Below are positions 1-11,300 of a stretch of DNA of 64,000 bases, in pieces (position 1 is the first letter of the stretch; every line of letters begins with the position of its first letter). Origin of the DNA: Acidobacteriaceae bacterium. GTDB lineage: Bacteria > Acidobacteriota > Terriglobia > Terriglobales > Acidobacteriaceae. Under the pieces are notes generated by a model. The model ran no database searches, had not been told where the DNA came from, and worked only from the letters and a program-made list of their open reading frames with translations. The position numbers and the translations under genes are program-made. The stretch is taken from contig PLSM01000094.1 of NCBI GenBank assembly GCA_003165075.1, positions 40,130-104,129 on the forward strand, written 5' to 3'.

Positions 1-311
1 TGGAAGACAAGCCACCATGCGACCCCCAGCAACATGATGCGGCGCGGCAGAAAGACCTCAGCCAGAACGCCGGAGAGCCAACTGGACAGCGCGGCGCTGG
101 CGCCGTAGACGGTAAATACCAGCGCAGCATCGCCGGCGGTGAAACCCAGGTTGACCAGGTACTTCGACAGGAACGCCTGCTCAATACCATCGCCCGTCAT
201 GCAGAAGACGATGGCAATATAGCCACCCAGAAGGGCCAGGGGCATTCCCAGGACGAAGCGGCCTTCCTGGCTGACCTCTCTCTCTGAAACTTCCGGGCCG
301 GGAACGCTCAC
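1..311 (-). CDS. MFS polyol transporter, RbtT/DalT/CsbX-like (N-terminal part; runs off the window)
   Basis: Manual translation from GTG at 311: VSVPGPEV...[62 protein letters not shown] overlap with the upstream dehydrogenase stop. GDG-x-EQ motif typical of CsbX/DalT. Confidence 0.75.
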   Translation of the reverse strand, partial: MSVPGPEVSEREVSQEGRFVLGMPLALLGGYIAIVFCMTGDGIEQAFLSKYLVNLGFTAGDAALVFTVYGASAALSSWLSGVLAEVFLPRRIMLLGVAWWLVF

Positions 312-1369
312 GCGGCGGATTCCTCAACAACGATTTGCAGTTTCACATCCGTGGGACGGCCTTCCGCTGCCCGCTCAAAGGCGGCGATGCTCTGTTCAAA
401 AGGAAAACTGGCCGAGAGAAGTGGCTTCAAGTCCACCTTTCCCGAAGCCAGCAGTGCGACTGCCTTGGGGTAAACATTTGCATAGCGAAAGATGGTCTCG
501 ACGCGAGCTTCCTTTGCCTGCGCGGCAACCACATCGAAAGCCACCGGCTCCAGCGGCAAGCCCACCAGTATCAGAGTACCGGCCGGCGCCAGCAAGTCGA
601 ATATCTTATCGTAGGCGCGCGTGCTGCCGCTGGCTTCAAATACCACGTCCGCGCCCCAGCCGCCGGTGAGTTCAGCCACATAGTCCACCAACGAGCCATT
701 GCGAATGTTGAAGGGGCGAATTCCCGCATACTGACCGGCGATGGCCAGCTTCTCCGCGGCTAAGTCGGAGATGATCACCTGGCCTGCACCAGCGGCCAGC
801 GCGGACAACGCAACCATGGTGCCGATCGGTCCGGCGCCCAACACCACCGCTGTGGCGCCCGGCTTGATCCCGGCCTTGGTGGCCGCGTGCATCCCCACCG
901 CGAACGGCTCCACCATCGCGCCCTCGGCCAGCGAAACGTGGCTGGGCAACTTGAATGTGAAGGCCGCTGGATGCACGACTTCAGTACAAAGACAGCCGTG
1001 GAAAGGCGGTGTTGCCCAGAAGCGCACCGCAGGATCGAGGTTGTAGTGGCCTTCCCGGCTGGCTCGCGAAGAGAGGTCGGGAATACCCGGCTCCATGCAC
1101 ACGCGATCGCCGGGCACAAACTCCCGCACCTCGCTGCCCACGGCAACCACGATGCCTGCAGACTCGTGGCCCAGCACCATTGGCTCCTTCACTATGTAAG
1201 GACCGATGCGTCCATGCGTGTAATAGTGCACATCGCTGCCGCAGATGCCTACCCGCGCAATTCTCACGCGCACGTCGTGCGGTCCCATTTCCTGTGGAAG
1301 GTCGATTTCGCGCAATGACAGGCTAAGCTTTTCCTCCAACACCAGAGCTTTCATCATGCCTCTTCGCAA
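308..1369 (-). CDS. Zn-dependent polyol (sorbitol/xylitol) dehydrogenase, MDR family
   Basis: [11 protein letters not shown] and GAGPIG motifs; real start is probably MMKALVLEE. Confidence 0.9.
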   Translation of the reverse strand: MRRGMMKALVLEEKLSLSLREIDLPQEMGPHDVRVRIARVGICGSDVHYYTHGRIGPYIVKEPMVLGHESAGIVVAVGSEVREFVPGDRVCMEPGIPDLSSRASREGHYNLDPAVRFWATPPFHGCLCTEVVHPAAFTFKLPSHVSLAEGAMVEPFAVGMHAATKAGIKPGATAVVLGAGPIGTMVALSALAAGAGQVIISDLAAEKLAIAGQYAGIRPFNIRNGSLVDYVAELTGGWGADVVFEASGSTRAYDKIFDLLAPAGTLILVGLPLEPVAFDVVAAQAKEARVETIFRYANVYPKAVALLASGKVDLKPLLSASFPFEQSIAAFERAAEGRPTDVKLQIVVEESAA

Positions 1370-1430
1370 TGAACCGGTTTAATCCTCCGTTGGAAAAACG
1401 GAGAGAATTCGCTCCGCTGACTGCTGTCGC

Positions 1431-2585
1431 TCATTGCACCAGCACGCCTGCGGCGGGATACGCGTGGCCGTTTGCGATGGCATGGATTACGGGCAACTCC
1501 GGCGTAGCGGTAAGCCACTCGATCTTGCCATCCCTCAGAATGACCGTGTCCTCTGCTTTGCCGCCGCGGATGCTGGGGTTCCATGCAAAGGCCTGGTTGT
1601 TGACCACAACTTCTGTCCCATTTGGCGTTGCCACCCACTCGCGCTCGCCGTATCCGGTCGGGCCGCCCTGGTGGTGGAACCGCTCTTCGCCGGGAAAGCC
1701 CTCGGCTGCGTAAGCCGCCTGGCATACGCGGAACAAATCTGCCGAAGTCGCGCCCACCCTGGTCGCATCCAGCAGCGCGGCGTTGACCTGTGCTGCAGAA
1801 TGAAAGCGTGCAGCAAGATCCGCCGGCAACGCGCCGAAATGAACAAAGCGGGTGATGGAGATGGCCAGTCCCCATTTGCGCGCGCAGAGATTCAACATGC
1901 CGTACTGCTTCAACCGTTTGCCCCGCGCGGCGGCGTGCTTGTATTTGAGGATGCGCTCATCGACTGCGAAGAGATAAACCGAGGGCAGAATGCTGCGGCG
2001 CAGCAGACCGGCTGCGGTGATAGCCTCAAGATCGTATTCGCTTAGTCCGGGTTCAACCTGGTGGATCGCTTCAACCGTGGCTGCCGTGACTTCCGCACCC
2101 AGCCAGCGATAACGCGCAATCTCCGGCTCGCTCAAAGCGGCGCGCAGCGGATAGAAACTCACCGTCGTCAGGTTCGTACCTGGAGTGTCGGAGCCCAATT
2201 GTCCGCCGGCCAGCCTGGTGGCCGCGGCCGCGGTATCGTCCGCCCACCAGGGGAACAGCACCGGCTCAAAATCCAATGTGCCAAACTCCTCGTCGTGGGC
2301 CCGCGGCGCTTCATTCTCCGTAGTCAGGTAATAGCGCTTGCCTGCGGCGGTCACCAACAGCGATACCACTGCAGTCTCGCAGGCCGAGTTCACCCGCTCC
2401 TCTACCGCGCCACCCGTAAGCCACGCAATATTCTCATTGCGGCGGATCAGGACGCCGGCGAGCTTCTGAGCCCGCAGCCACTCCACCAACTTTTCGTGCT
2501 TTGCGTCCAACTCCGCATTCCATGCGGCTTCTGTCACCAGCGTTGTGCCGCCGGCTACCAGGCTCTTGCCAATTCTTTTACTCAT
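1431..2585 (-). CDS. M24 (pita-bread) fold hydrolase with degenerate metal ligands
   Basis: Creatinase-like N-domain plus HHQGG...REW...NPS...EDT C-domain. Confidence 0.75.
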   Translation of the reverse strand: MSKRIGKSLVAGGTTLVTEAAWNAELDAKHEKLVEWLRAQKLAGVLIRRNENIAWLTGGAVEERVNSACETAVVSLLVTAAGKRYYLTTENEAPRAHDEEFGTLDFEPVLFPWWADDTAAAATRLAGGQLGSDTPGTNLTTVSFYPLRAALSEPEIARYRWLGAEVTAATVEAIHQVEPGLSEYDLEAITAAGLLRRSILPSVYLFAVDERILKYKHAAARGKRLKQYGMLNLCARKWGLAISITRFVHFGALPADLAARFHSAAQVNAALLDATRVGATSADLFRVCQAAYAAEGFPGEERFHHQGGPTGYGEREWVATPNGTEVVVNNQAFAWNPSIRGGKAEDTVILRDGKIEWLTATPELPVIHAIANGHAYPAAGVLVQ

Positions 2586-2672
2586 GATTGCGCTTCCCTC
2601 TTAGAAATAACAGCAAATGAGTTTCGGGCGCTGACTGTATTCGTCAACGCCCGATGGTTTCGCGCCTACAGT

Positions 2673-4097
2673 CTACTCGTCGAGTACGGGATGATAGTGG
2701 CTCTCCCAACCGAGATAGCGCGCAGCTTCATGCACCGCTTTCGATACATCGCTGAAGTTGGCGGCAACGTGATGTTCGAATCCCTCGCGGCAAATGTATT
2801 TGAGCAGTTTCTGTAATTGCGGAATCTCGACCACGCCCGCACCGCCAAAGGTCTCCAGCGGATCCTCGGTAAAGCGCCCTGCCCCAGTGTAGCCACGCAC
2901 CACACCGCGGCGGTCATCGGTGGAGTAGCGCGCAAAGGTCATGGCGCCCGCCTTGACGCGGCCCACGCACGTGCCGAAAGTATTCTCCTTGCCAACCGTG
3001 CCGGCGATGATTTCCTGGTAGTCCATACGGACATCTTTGAAGAAGTGCTTGGGGAGGTTGGAACAGTGGAAGCAGACGCATTTGTCAGGGTGATTGCCGT
3101 AATTATTGTTCCAGTCGAGCAGCGCACTCGGCGTCTGGCTGGCCAGGGCCAGCATATACATACTCAACGTGCCGGGCACATCCACTTCGCAGGCTGAAGG
3201 AATAAGATCGTTGCTCATCATGCTCATGATGGTGCAAGGCACTACGCCGAAGAACTCTTCCATCGAGGTCCAGCACTGCACGGCGCTGACGGTTACGTGG
3301 ACCTGCTTCATCCAGCCATCGATGACCGCACCCAGCTTGGCCATCTTCAGCAAAGCCGCGTCGGCGATGCCGGTGGTGCTGACGTAAGCCTTGATGGCGG
3401 CAAACTTGGCCTGGGCAGCATCGTCGGTGTCCTTCATGCGATTGATGCGGCCGAATATCTCAGACAGATCGATGGTCTCAATAGTGATGCCGCTCGTCTC
3501 GAAGATGCGTTCGGAGTAGCGCACGGTATTAAAAGCCGTGGGCCGCGCACCGATTGCGCCGATACGCAGGTTCTTGAGGCCCTTCACAATGCGGCAGACC
3601 GCGGAGAACCACTCCAGGTCAGACTTGAATTCAGCCGAAGTCAGGCTCTCGGTGTGTAGGGTGGTCAGCGAGTAGGGGATGCCGTACTGCATCATGTTGT
3701 TACACGCGCTCATCTTCCCGCAAAAACTGTCGCGGCGCGTGGCGATGGTCATGGCATCGGAGCGGTCGGGCGTGGCCTGCACCAGCACCGGGACCTTGAG
3801 CCCGGAAAGCCGGATGGCATCCACAATGCCGCGTTCCTCGCCAAAATTCGGCAGCGTGATGATAATGCCGTCGATCTCCTCGGCATGTTTCTTGAAAAGT
3901 TCGGCGCAACACTGCGACTCCGCGTATGTCTCCACTGCGCCATGTTTCGATTCCTCGGGGCTCAACACTACCGCCCGCGCTCCCGCGGCCTCAAGAACGG
4001 CGATGATTTCTTCACGGCCGGTCTTGGCTAGGTGATCCGGAAAGAAGCCGCGGTTGCCCACCACCACGCCAAAGGTCATTGTTCGTTGCGCTGTCAT
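2673..4097 (-). CDS. L-fucose/L-arabinose isomerase family protein
   Basis: NFGEE, RRDSFCGK, CEVD and FEHH motifs; start taken at MTAQRT after an AGGAG RBS. Confidence 0.85.
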   Translation of the reverse strand: MTAQRTMTFGVVVGNRGFFPDHLAKTGREEIIAVLEAAGARAVVLSPEESKHGAVETYAESQCCAELFKKHAEEIDGIIITLPNFGEERGIVDAIRLSGLKVPVLVQATPDRSDAMTIATRRDSFCGKMSACNNMMQYGIPYSLTTLHTESLTSAEFKSDLEWFSAVCRIVKGLKNLRIGAIGARPTAFNTVRYSERIFETSGITIETIDLSEIFGRINRMKDTDDAAQAKFAAIKAYVSTTGIADAALLKMAKLGAVIDGWMKQVHVTVSAVQCWTSMEEFFGVVPCTIMSMMSNDLIPSACEVDVPGTLSMYMLALASQTPSALLDWNNNYGNHPDKCVCFHCSNLPKHFFKDVRMDYQEIIAGTVGKENTFGTCVGRVKAGAMTFARYSTDDRRGVVRGYTGAGRFTEDPLETFGGAGVVEIPQLQKLLKYICREGFEHHVAANFSDVSKAVHEAARYLGWESHYHPVLDE

Positions 4098-4283
4098 GTT
4101 CTCTGCTCCTCTATTGATTACCGTTTGTACGGCTCGAGTGCCCGCGCCGGAGCCGGAATGGCCGTCGTCATTCCGGAACTTCCGCGACACGGATCGGATT
4201 GAACTGCTCCTCGCGCCAGGACGGCTAAACGCGTACCTTCAGACATCGCTTCTCCAAGGGCTCGATGCACCCCAGTACAATAC

Positions 4284-4505
4284 TCACTTGCTGCTGCGCG
4301 CTGGACGGAACTTAAGGACGTAGAACACTCCGAGAAGGAACAGCAGAGCGCCCCACCAGACGGGCGTATGAAGATTGGTCAACTGCACAGCCTGCGGATA
4401 GCTGCCGGTGGCCCATTCAAAAACACCATAACCGAAGATCATTCCGCCATAGGCAACCAGCAGTACTCCGATGAAGAACCAAATTGGGATTCCGGAACCA
4501 TGCAT
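4284..4505 (-). CDS. Small 2-TM membrane protein (73 aa) downstream of the SSS transporter
   Basis: MHGSGIPIWFFIGVLLVAYGG...WWGALLFLLGVFYVLKF; two hydrophobic segments, operonic position. Confidence 0.75.
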   Translation of the reverse strand: MHGSGIPIWFFIGVLLVAYGGMIFGYGVFEWATGSYPQAVQLTNLHTPVWWGALLFLLGVFYVLKFRPARSSK

Positions 4506-4552
4506 TTGTCTTTTTCCCTTTCTCTCGCGCCTGCCAGCGGAGTCTCTGTTCG

Positions 4553-6442
4553 CTACCAGAACAAAATGTTGAGGACTGCAAAGATGATCACCACTAGAAT
4601 CGCCCACATCCATTCGTTCTTGTAGAACGGAACAGGGTCTTCCTTGGGCAGGATGGTGGCGCCATAGACCAGGCCATTCAGTTCCGCAACTGGCCTGGGT
4701 TTAGTAAACAGGCTGACCACAAAGATGACGATCACTGTGGTCAGGAACGCCCACAGCGCACGATAAAGATTCTCAGCCATGGGCTTGGCGTCAGGCGAAA
4801 GCGCCACGGTAGACAGTTCGACGGGATTGAACTTGACCCATACAAAGAGGCTGACTGAAGTCACGATGCCGATCAGCAGGCCGAGGAAACCGGCAGGCGC
4901 GGTGGCCCGCTTCCAGAACATGCCCATCAGGATGGCGCCCAGCAGCGGCGCGATAAAGAAGCTGAACAGCGCCTGCACGTAGTCCATGATGCCGTGCGCA
5001 TGCATCACCAAGTAGGCGGCGCCAATAGACACTGCCACGCCAACCAGGATCGACATCCGGCCCACCATCACGTAATGGCTGTCAGAACCCTTCTTGTTGA
5101 TGAGCGGCTTGTAGATATCGTAGGTCCACACCGTGGAGAAGGCGCTCACGTTGCCCGCCATGCCACTCATAAAGCCCGCAATCAGAGCAGTTATGCCGAG
5201 GCCGAGCAGACCTGGCCCGCAGTAGCGGACCATCATCAGCGGTAGCGCCTCATTGTAGCTATGGAGCTCAGAATTCGGAGCCGCGCTCAGAACTTTCTGC
5301 TGCGCCTCCGCCGAGAGCGAGGTCTTGGTGGAAAGCGCCGTCGAACAGCCGGCAGGATCCTGGATCTTATCTTCTGTCGTACTCGCCGCACAGGACTTCA
5401 CCACATCCTCACCGACCAGTTGGCGGTGGCTTCCATCAGGATTCTGCAACAGCACAAGGCCCAGCAGACCTGGAAGAATAACGATGAATGGAACCGCCAT
5501 CTTGAAGAAGGAACCGATGATGGGAGCCATTCGCGCGGCGCGCAGGTTATGCGCCGCCAGCACGCGCTGCACCACTAGGAAGTCGGTAGTCCAGTAACCG
5601 AAACTGATTACGAAACCCAGGCCGAAAACGATCCCCGTCCAGTGGACGCCCATGGGGTTGGCGGAAAAATGGCCGGTATCGCGCCACAGGTGGAAATAGC
5701 TATCGGAGTGCAGATTGGTAAGGATCCTGGCTTTCAGGCCGTTCCACCCACCTGCCTGTACCAGGCCGAGGATGGGAACAAGGAGCGCGCCACCCCAGAT
5801 GAGCACAAACTGCAGCACCTCATTGAAGATGGCTGAACGTAATCCGCCCAGGCCGACATAAAGCGCCACTGCGACCGACGAGACCAGAATGCTGAATGTG
5901 ATGTCCCATCCGAGCACGACCTTCATCACTACGGCCATGGCGAACATGTTCACCCCACTCATCAGGACCATCTCGGTCGCGAAGGAGATGGCGGCCAGGC
6001 TACGGCTTGCCCCCCCGAAGCGCAGGTCGAGATAGCCGGGAACGGAGTGCGTCTTGGACACGTAGTAGAAGGGCATCATCACCAGGCCGAGGAAGATCAT
6101 GGCGGGAATGGCGCCAATCCAATACCAGTGCGTGGCCAGGATGCCGTATTGGTATGCCGAACCGGCCCAGCCCATCAATTCCAATGAACCGAGATTGGCC
6201 GAGACAAAACTTAAACCCGCAATCCAGGCGGTCATTTCGCGGCCAGCCATGAAGAACTCTTCGCTGGTGTTGGATCTGCCCTTCAGGTAGAAGCCGATCC
6301 AGAGCACCATCACGAAGTAGATGGCGATTACCGCAATATCGAGCGGCCTGAGGCGTGCGAGCGGGGCAGCGCTGAGAGCCAGCAAAGCCGGCAATTGAGA
6401 AAATGAACCGGCGGTGGCGGAGACTGGGACCAATCCGAGCAT
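4553..6442 (-). CDS. Sodium:solute symporter (SSS) family, probably for a sugar/polyol
   Basis: FFMAGR, SANLGSLE, YWTTDFLVVQRVLAA motifs; many TM helices. Confidence 0.9.
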   Translation of the reverse strand: MLGLVPVSATAGSFSQLPALLALSAAPLARLRPLDIAVIAIYFVMVLWIGFYLKGRSNTSEEFFMAGREMTAWIAGLSFVSANLGSLELMGWAGSAYQYGILATHWYWIGAIPAMIFLGLVMMPFYYVSKTHSVPGYLDLRFGGASRSLAAISFATEMVLMSGVNMFAMAVVMKVVLGWDITFSILVSSVAVALYVGLGGLRSAIFNEVLQFVLIWGGALLVPILGLVQAGGWNGLKARILTNLHSDSYFHLWRDTGHFSANPMGVHWTGIVFGLGFVISFGYWTTDFLVVQRVLAAHNLRAARMAPIIGSFFKMAVPFIVILPGLLGLVLLQNPDGSHRQLVGEDVVKSCAASTTEDKIQDPAGCSTALSTKTSLSAEAQQKVLSAAPNSELHSYNEALPLMMVRYCGPGLLGLGITALIAGFMSGMAGNVSAFSTVWTYDIYKPLINKKGSDSHYVMVGRMSILVGVAVSIGAAYLVMHAHGIMDYVQALFSFFIAPLLGAILMGMFWKRATAPAGFLGLLIGIVTSVSLFVWVKFNPVELSTVALSPDAKPMAENLYRALWAFLTTVIVIFVVSLFTKPRPVAELNGLVYGATILPKEDPVPFYKNEWMWAILVVIIFAVLNILFW

Positions 6443-6983
6443 TATGTCACCTGGTCAGGAGCCATTTCGTCCATAAGGCATGAGGACGTTCGCCCCTAAG
6501 TAAATGGGTTTACTGCCCAGCATGTCAAGCGGTGGCGCTGTGCAGCTGAAATGAGCAATCGGGCATCGGAGCAGCGCCCAAACCGGAAGATTCCCCGGTT
6601 AAGTTGGCACTCGCAGCGAGGAAACGTTTACCGGACGGAAGTCTACCACATTTTGCTCTCCTTGCAACATCGCCCAGATCACGATGGAATACGGTTTGAC
6701 AGCCAATATGCTGGGCCTCGCTGCAAAGGCCGCCTACCACTCATTTCTGCAGCGCACAGCCTTCCTGTGTGCGGCATGCCACCGCCGCAGCGAGCCGAGA
6801 GCGCATCGCCGGCCTCGGCTTAACGCGCGTGCACATTTCGCTCTTGTCTTCATGGTCTTTGAGGGATAACTTGAGATATGGAACTGTTCTTCCCCTTTAT
6901 CCAACTACCTGATTCCCTTTTGCCCCCTGTTCCCCTGCATCCCGCGGAGCACTCCGCACAACCTATTTCCACCGCAAGGAGCC

Positions 6984-8207
6984 ATGCCGATGCATCCGTC
7001 TGAAGACCCCGCTGCCTGTAGTGGATTTTCGCGCCGCACTTTCTTCCGTTACGCCGCTGGCGCCTCTGCTCTGGCTAGCCTTCCCATCCTCACCGAAGCG
7101 CGTCTCGCTCTGGCCGACCGTCCCAAGTTTGCCGACCCCAATATCGGCATACACATCGACGCCAATGAGAATCCGCTCGGGCCCTGTGAAGTTGCGCGCC
7201 AGGCGATGGCCAGCATCATTCCCCGTGGCGGCCGGTATTTGTTCAACATGCAGGAGGAGCTGGCGGAGACATTTGCCAGGCTCGAAGGCCTGAATCCGGA
7301 GTCGGTGGCGCCTTTTGCTGGTTCCTCTGAGCCGCTGCACTATACAGTTCTGGCCTTCACCAGCAAGGACAAGCCGCTGGTAATCGCCGACCCCGGCTAT
7401 GAGGCGCCTATGTGGGCTGCCAAGGTCTCCGGCGCTCCCATCCTCAAAGTGCCTCTGGCCGACCCTAAAGGCGCGGCCACGCACGATATCAAGGCCATGC
7501 TCGCAGCCGCTTCAAATCCCGGCGTGATCTACATCTGCAATCCCAACAACCCCACGGGCACCGTGACTCCTCGCGCCGACATTGAATACGCGGTGGCCAA
7601 TGCGCCCAAGGGTACCATCCTGCTGATAGACGAGGCATATATTCACCTCTCCGATGCTGCGCCTTCACTGGACTTTGTGAAGGACGGCAAGGATGTGATC
7701 GTGCTGCGCACGTTCTCCAAGCTTTACGGAATGGCAGGTATCCGCATGGGCTTCGCTGTGGGGCGGCCCGACCTGTTGGCCAAGGTGACGTCGCTGGGCG
7801 GGGAGAACTCGCTCCCCATCACCGCCGTGGTCGCAGCCAAAGCCAGTCTGCTGGATTCGGATCTGGTGCCCAAGCGCAAGAAGATTATCGGCGACATTCG
7901 CCGCGACACTTTGGCATGGCTCAAGAGCGAGGGCTACGCAACCACGCCATCTGACAGCAACTGCTTCATGCTCGATGTGCGACGCCCTGGAAAAGAAGTG
8001 CAGGCAGCGCTGGCATCGAAAGACATGTTTGTCGGACGCATCTGGCCGGCGTGGCCCACCTGCCTGCGCGTTACCGTGGGCACGCCAGATGAGATGACAT
8101 CCTTCCGCAAGGCGTTCACTGAAGTGATGAGCACATCGACGGCGGGTCTGGTCCCTCCGCCGTTGCCCCGCAGGCTGGCCGATCATCCCTTTACTCACCT
8201 GTCGTAA
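6984..8207 (+). CDS. PLP-dependent class I/II aminotransferase (HisC-like) with Tat signal
   Basis: SRRTFF twin-arginine leader; NENPLG, NPNNPTG, DEAY and RTFSKLYGMAGIR motifs. Confidence 0.85.
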   Translation: MPMHPSEDPAACSGFSRRTFFRYAAGASALASLPILTEARLALADRPKFADPNIGIHIDANENPLGPCEVARQAMASIIPRGGRYLFNMQEELAETFARLEGLNPESVAPFAGSSEPLHYTVLAFTSKDKPLVIADPGYEAPMWAAKVSGAPILKVPLADPKGAATHDIKAMLAAASNPGVIYICNPNNPTGTVTPRADIEYAVANAPKGTILLIDEAYIHLSDAAPSLDFVKDGKDVIVLRTFSKLYGMAGIRMGFAVGRPDLLAKVTSLGGENSLPITAVVAAKASLLDSDLVPKRKKIIGDIRRDTLAWLKSEGYATTPSDSNCFMLDVRRPGKEVQAALASKDMFVGRIWPAWPTCLRVTVGTPDEMTSFRKAFTEVMSTSTAGLVPPPLPRRLADHPFTHLS

Positions 8208-8254
8208 TAACAGGTGTCGGTTGCCGGTTTTAAAAATTGAGTTTCTGGAGAAGA

Positions 8255-8286
8255 CAAGAGCCCCCGTCGATCGACGGAGGCTCTTG
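8255..8286. terminator. Hairpin terminator between convergent genes
   Basis: caagagcccccgtcga-tcgacggaggctcttg inverted repeat. Confidence 0.65.
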
Positions 8287-8352
8287 CTACTTAGAGGTTT
8301 TCAACCCACGGATTGAAATCGGAAGACCGCCGTAATTGACCCATGGTTTCGG

Positions 8353-11300
8353 TTAGAAGAGGATCTTCAGCGAGAACTGGGCGTTCAGCGGCTCACCCGG
8401 CCCAATGCCTGGGTTGCCGAGGTAGGGCCCAAGTGTTGAACTGATCTGGGCGGTTTCGCCGGCAAACGGGAAGCCCACCGGGGCCAGGTTCGTGCGGTTG
8501 AAGATGTTGAAGACATCCACGCGGAATTGTGAGCTGACTCTCTCCACAATCGGCGTGTTTTTAATGAATGCCATGTCCACCGCTGAGTATCCGGGATTGT
8601 AGTTCTGCCCGCGCCGCGTGGGCGAGTACTGGCCCGCAGGCGCATCGACAAACGCGGTGGGGCTGAACCACTGCACCACACCGCCGGTGATGGCGTGAGA
8701 AACGCCGGCCGACGGATGGGCAACCGCCTGCACAGCGCGATCCGCGCCTTCGCTGTTGCCGCTGGGGTTGTTGGCCGACGTCACGGTGTAAGGCGTTCCG
8801 CCGTGGAAGGAGAAGCCGGAATTGATTTCCCAGCCTTTGGTCAGTCGGCTGGGACCAACAAAGCCAGGCACTTGGTAGTTTACGTAGCCGGTAAGGGTAT
8901 TTCGCACGTCAAAGTCCGAATTCCCGTACTCGGCTCCCTCGTTGGTTGGATCCTGCGGAACATAAGGCAGCAGTCCTGTCTCGTAGTCCAGGGCATGACC
9001 CCATGTGTAGGCCAGTTGCGACGATAGGCTGTGCCAGTTCTGTACCCGTAGTGTGGACTGCAGTGAGTTGTAGATGGAACCGAGGTTGCTCCGTGCCTCG
9101 TCGATCACCGAGAACGGGAACTTCCCCGGCGTGTTGTAGTCGGGGCTGTAATAGGGCCGGGTCAAATTGGGGTCGGTGAGGTTGGCCGTCCCTGGCGCAG
9201 CCGGGTTGATATCGAACATGCCCATCAAATGCGTGCCCTTGGTGCCCACGTATCCCACCTGAAGGATGACCGAAGGCGTGAAGCTATGCTGCACGTTCAG
9301 ATCCCATGACTCGCTGTAGGAGGGCCGGAAGTTCTTGTCGAAGGTTGAGATCTTGATCACATTCCCACTTTGCTGCGACAAGGCTTCGCTCAGCGTGGGG
9401 AAAATTGGCGTGCCGTTAGCAACCACCGTGCCTTTGAGACCCCCCGCCTGTGCAACCTGATCGGCTCCGGCCGGATTCAGGCCGGGGCCGAAAACTGAAA
9501 TATTCTGCAGGCCGTTATTTTGCAGCACCGACTTCATGTAGATGGAGTCGTAGTAGAGGCCGAACCCGCCGCGAACAACCGTCTTGCCGCTGGAGTCGGC
9601 CTGGAGCGCGAAGCCTATTCGAGGACTTGCCCCTCCCCAGAATTTGTTGTAAATGTCCGGCACATCCACGCCCGCAACCGCCAGGCCCGTGGGAAGAGAC
9701 GGATCGAAGACCGAGAGGTCGTGGGCCCCCGAGTGAACCGGGCCTTCATAGTCATAGCGCAGGCCATAGTCCGCACTTAGACGCTTGGTCAATTGCCATG
9801 AATCCTGGGCAAAGAGGGAGAATGTGTTCACGAAGACCTGGCGCTTCGGGTCGCCGAGAACAATCTCAGAGGACACTGGGTCAAAGCAGCCGGCGAGGAA
9901 ATCCGCAAGGTAGTAGACGTTGATGTTTGTCGATAAGCCGGCAAGGGTGCTGCCGGTCGGAGATGTGGTTGCCTGCGCTGCGCAAGCGGCTGCGGGCGTT
10001 CCCCCTGCCAGAGTGGCCCAGGGACCCTGCGAATCGTCGAAATAAATCGTGCCGCGCTCGCCGGTCTGGTAGAAATCATCGACTTGCGCCTGGCGAATTT
10101 CCCCGCCGAACATGAATTGATGTGCGCCCTTGGTCCAGGCCAGGCTTTCGTCCAGGTGGCCGGTAATATCGTTTCTACCCGAGGGCGCGGTTACGCCAAT
10201 CGGATCAAATCCGCTGCCGCCGGCCGTGAGTCCGGTACTGGCCGTCGATGGGCCGATAATCAGGTGAGGCGATCCAGCCAGGGCCGGATCGGTGACCCCA
10301 GTGTTGAAACCCAGGCCAATAGGGTTAAAGTCGGTTTCGGCGTCGGAGAAGGCCTGGTTAAAGTAGCTGACACCAGCCGACAGTTGGTTGGTGATGCTGG
10401 TGGTCAAAACGCGGTTATAGACCAGTGAGTAGTTCTGGACGTGAATCGGTGCGTTCTCAAAGTACGGCGACAAAGCCGATGAGGTCGGGGCGGTTTGCGT
10501 TCCCTGCCCGACAAACCAGCTGGCTGCAATATGATCCTTGCTCGTCAGTTGCTCGTCCACTTTGGCAATCCCGTTAAAGCTATGACCGGTCAAATTTCCT
10601 GTGGCTGTATAGTTGTCGTTGACATCCGCTCCGGTCAGCGCAGTGGACGGCCACAAACCTTTCAGCGATCCGTTGCCGTTTAGCAGATTGGCGGCAACCG
10701 GACTGTGGGGAACGCCCCAGGCGTCCAGCACAGCGTATGCGTCGCTTTGGAATGCAGTGGAGGGTTCCGTCGCTTTGCTCTCGGCGCCGATGAGGAAACC
10801 TTCGTGTTCGCCGCCAATAAAGAAGAACGTCTTGTCTCGCCAGATTGGACCACCCGTCGAGAAGCCATAATGTTGGTTGCGGGTGGCTCCCTTCGATGAA
10901 AGAAATGGATTGGTTCTTTGAAAGAACTCGTTGTGGTTGAAATAGTAAGCCGACCCGTGCAGGCTGTTGGATCCCGATTTGATAGTCAGGTTGGCGGTAC
11001 CGCCGGAGTTGCGCCCTAGAGACGTGGAACCAGCAGTCTCAAATGAAAAGTTTTCAATGGCATCGATGGGTAAGACTACGCCGGCAATTGCAGAGACGCC
11101 GCCTTGGTTGACTGCGGGAATGTTCCACCAGAGATCGTTGTTGTCGGTGCCCTCGATCTGCCAATTCACTGAGTTGGAGCGGGAGCCGTTCACACTCGCA
11201 TTGCCCGCGCCGCCGCCCGTCGAGAGGCCGGCAAAGCCCGGTGTCTGCGCCAGCATCTGGGTAAAGTCGCGGCCGCTATTTGGCAGCGTCTGCACCACTT

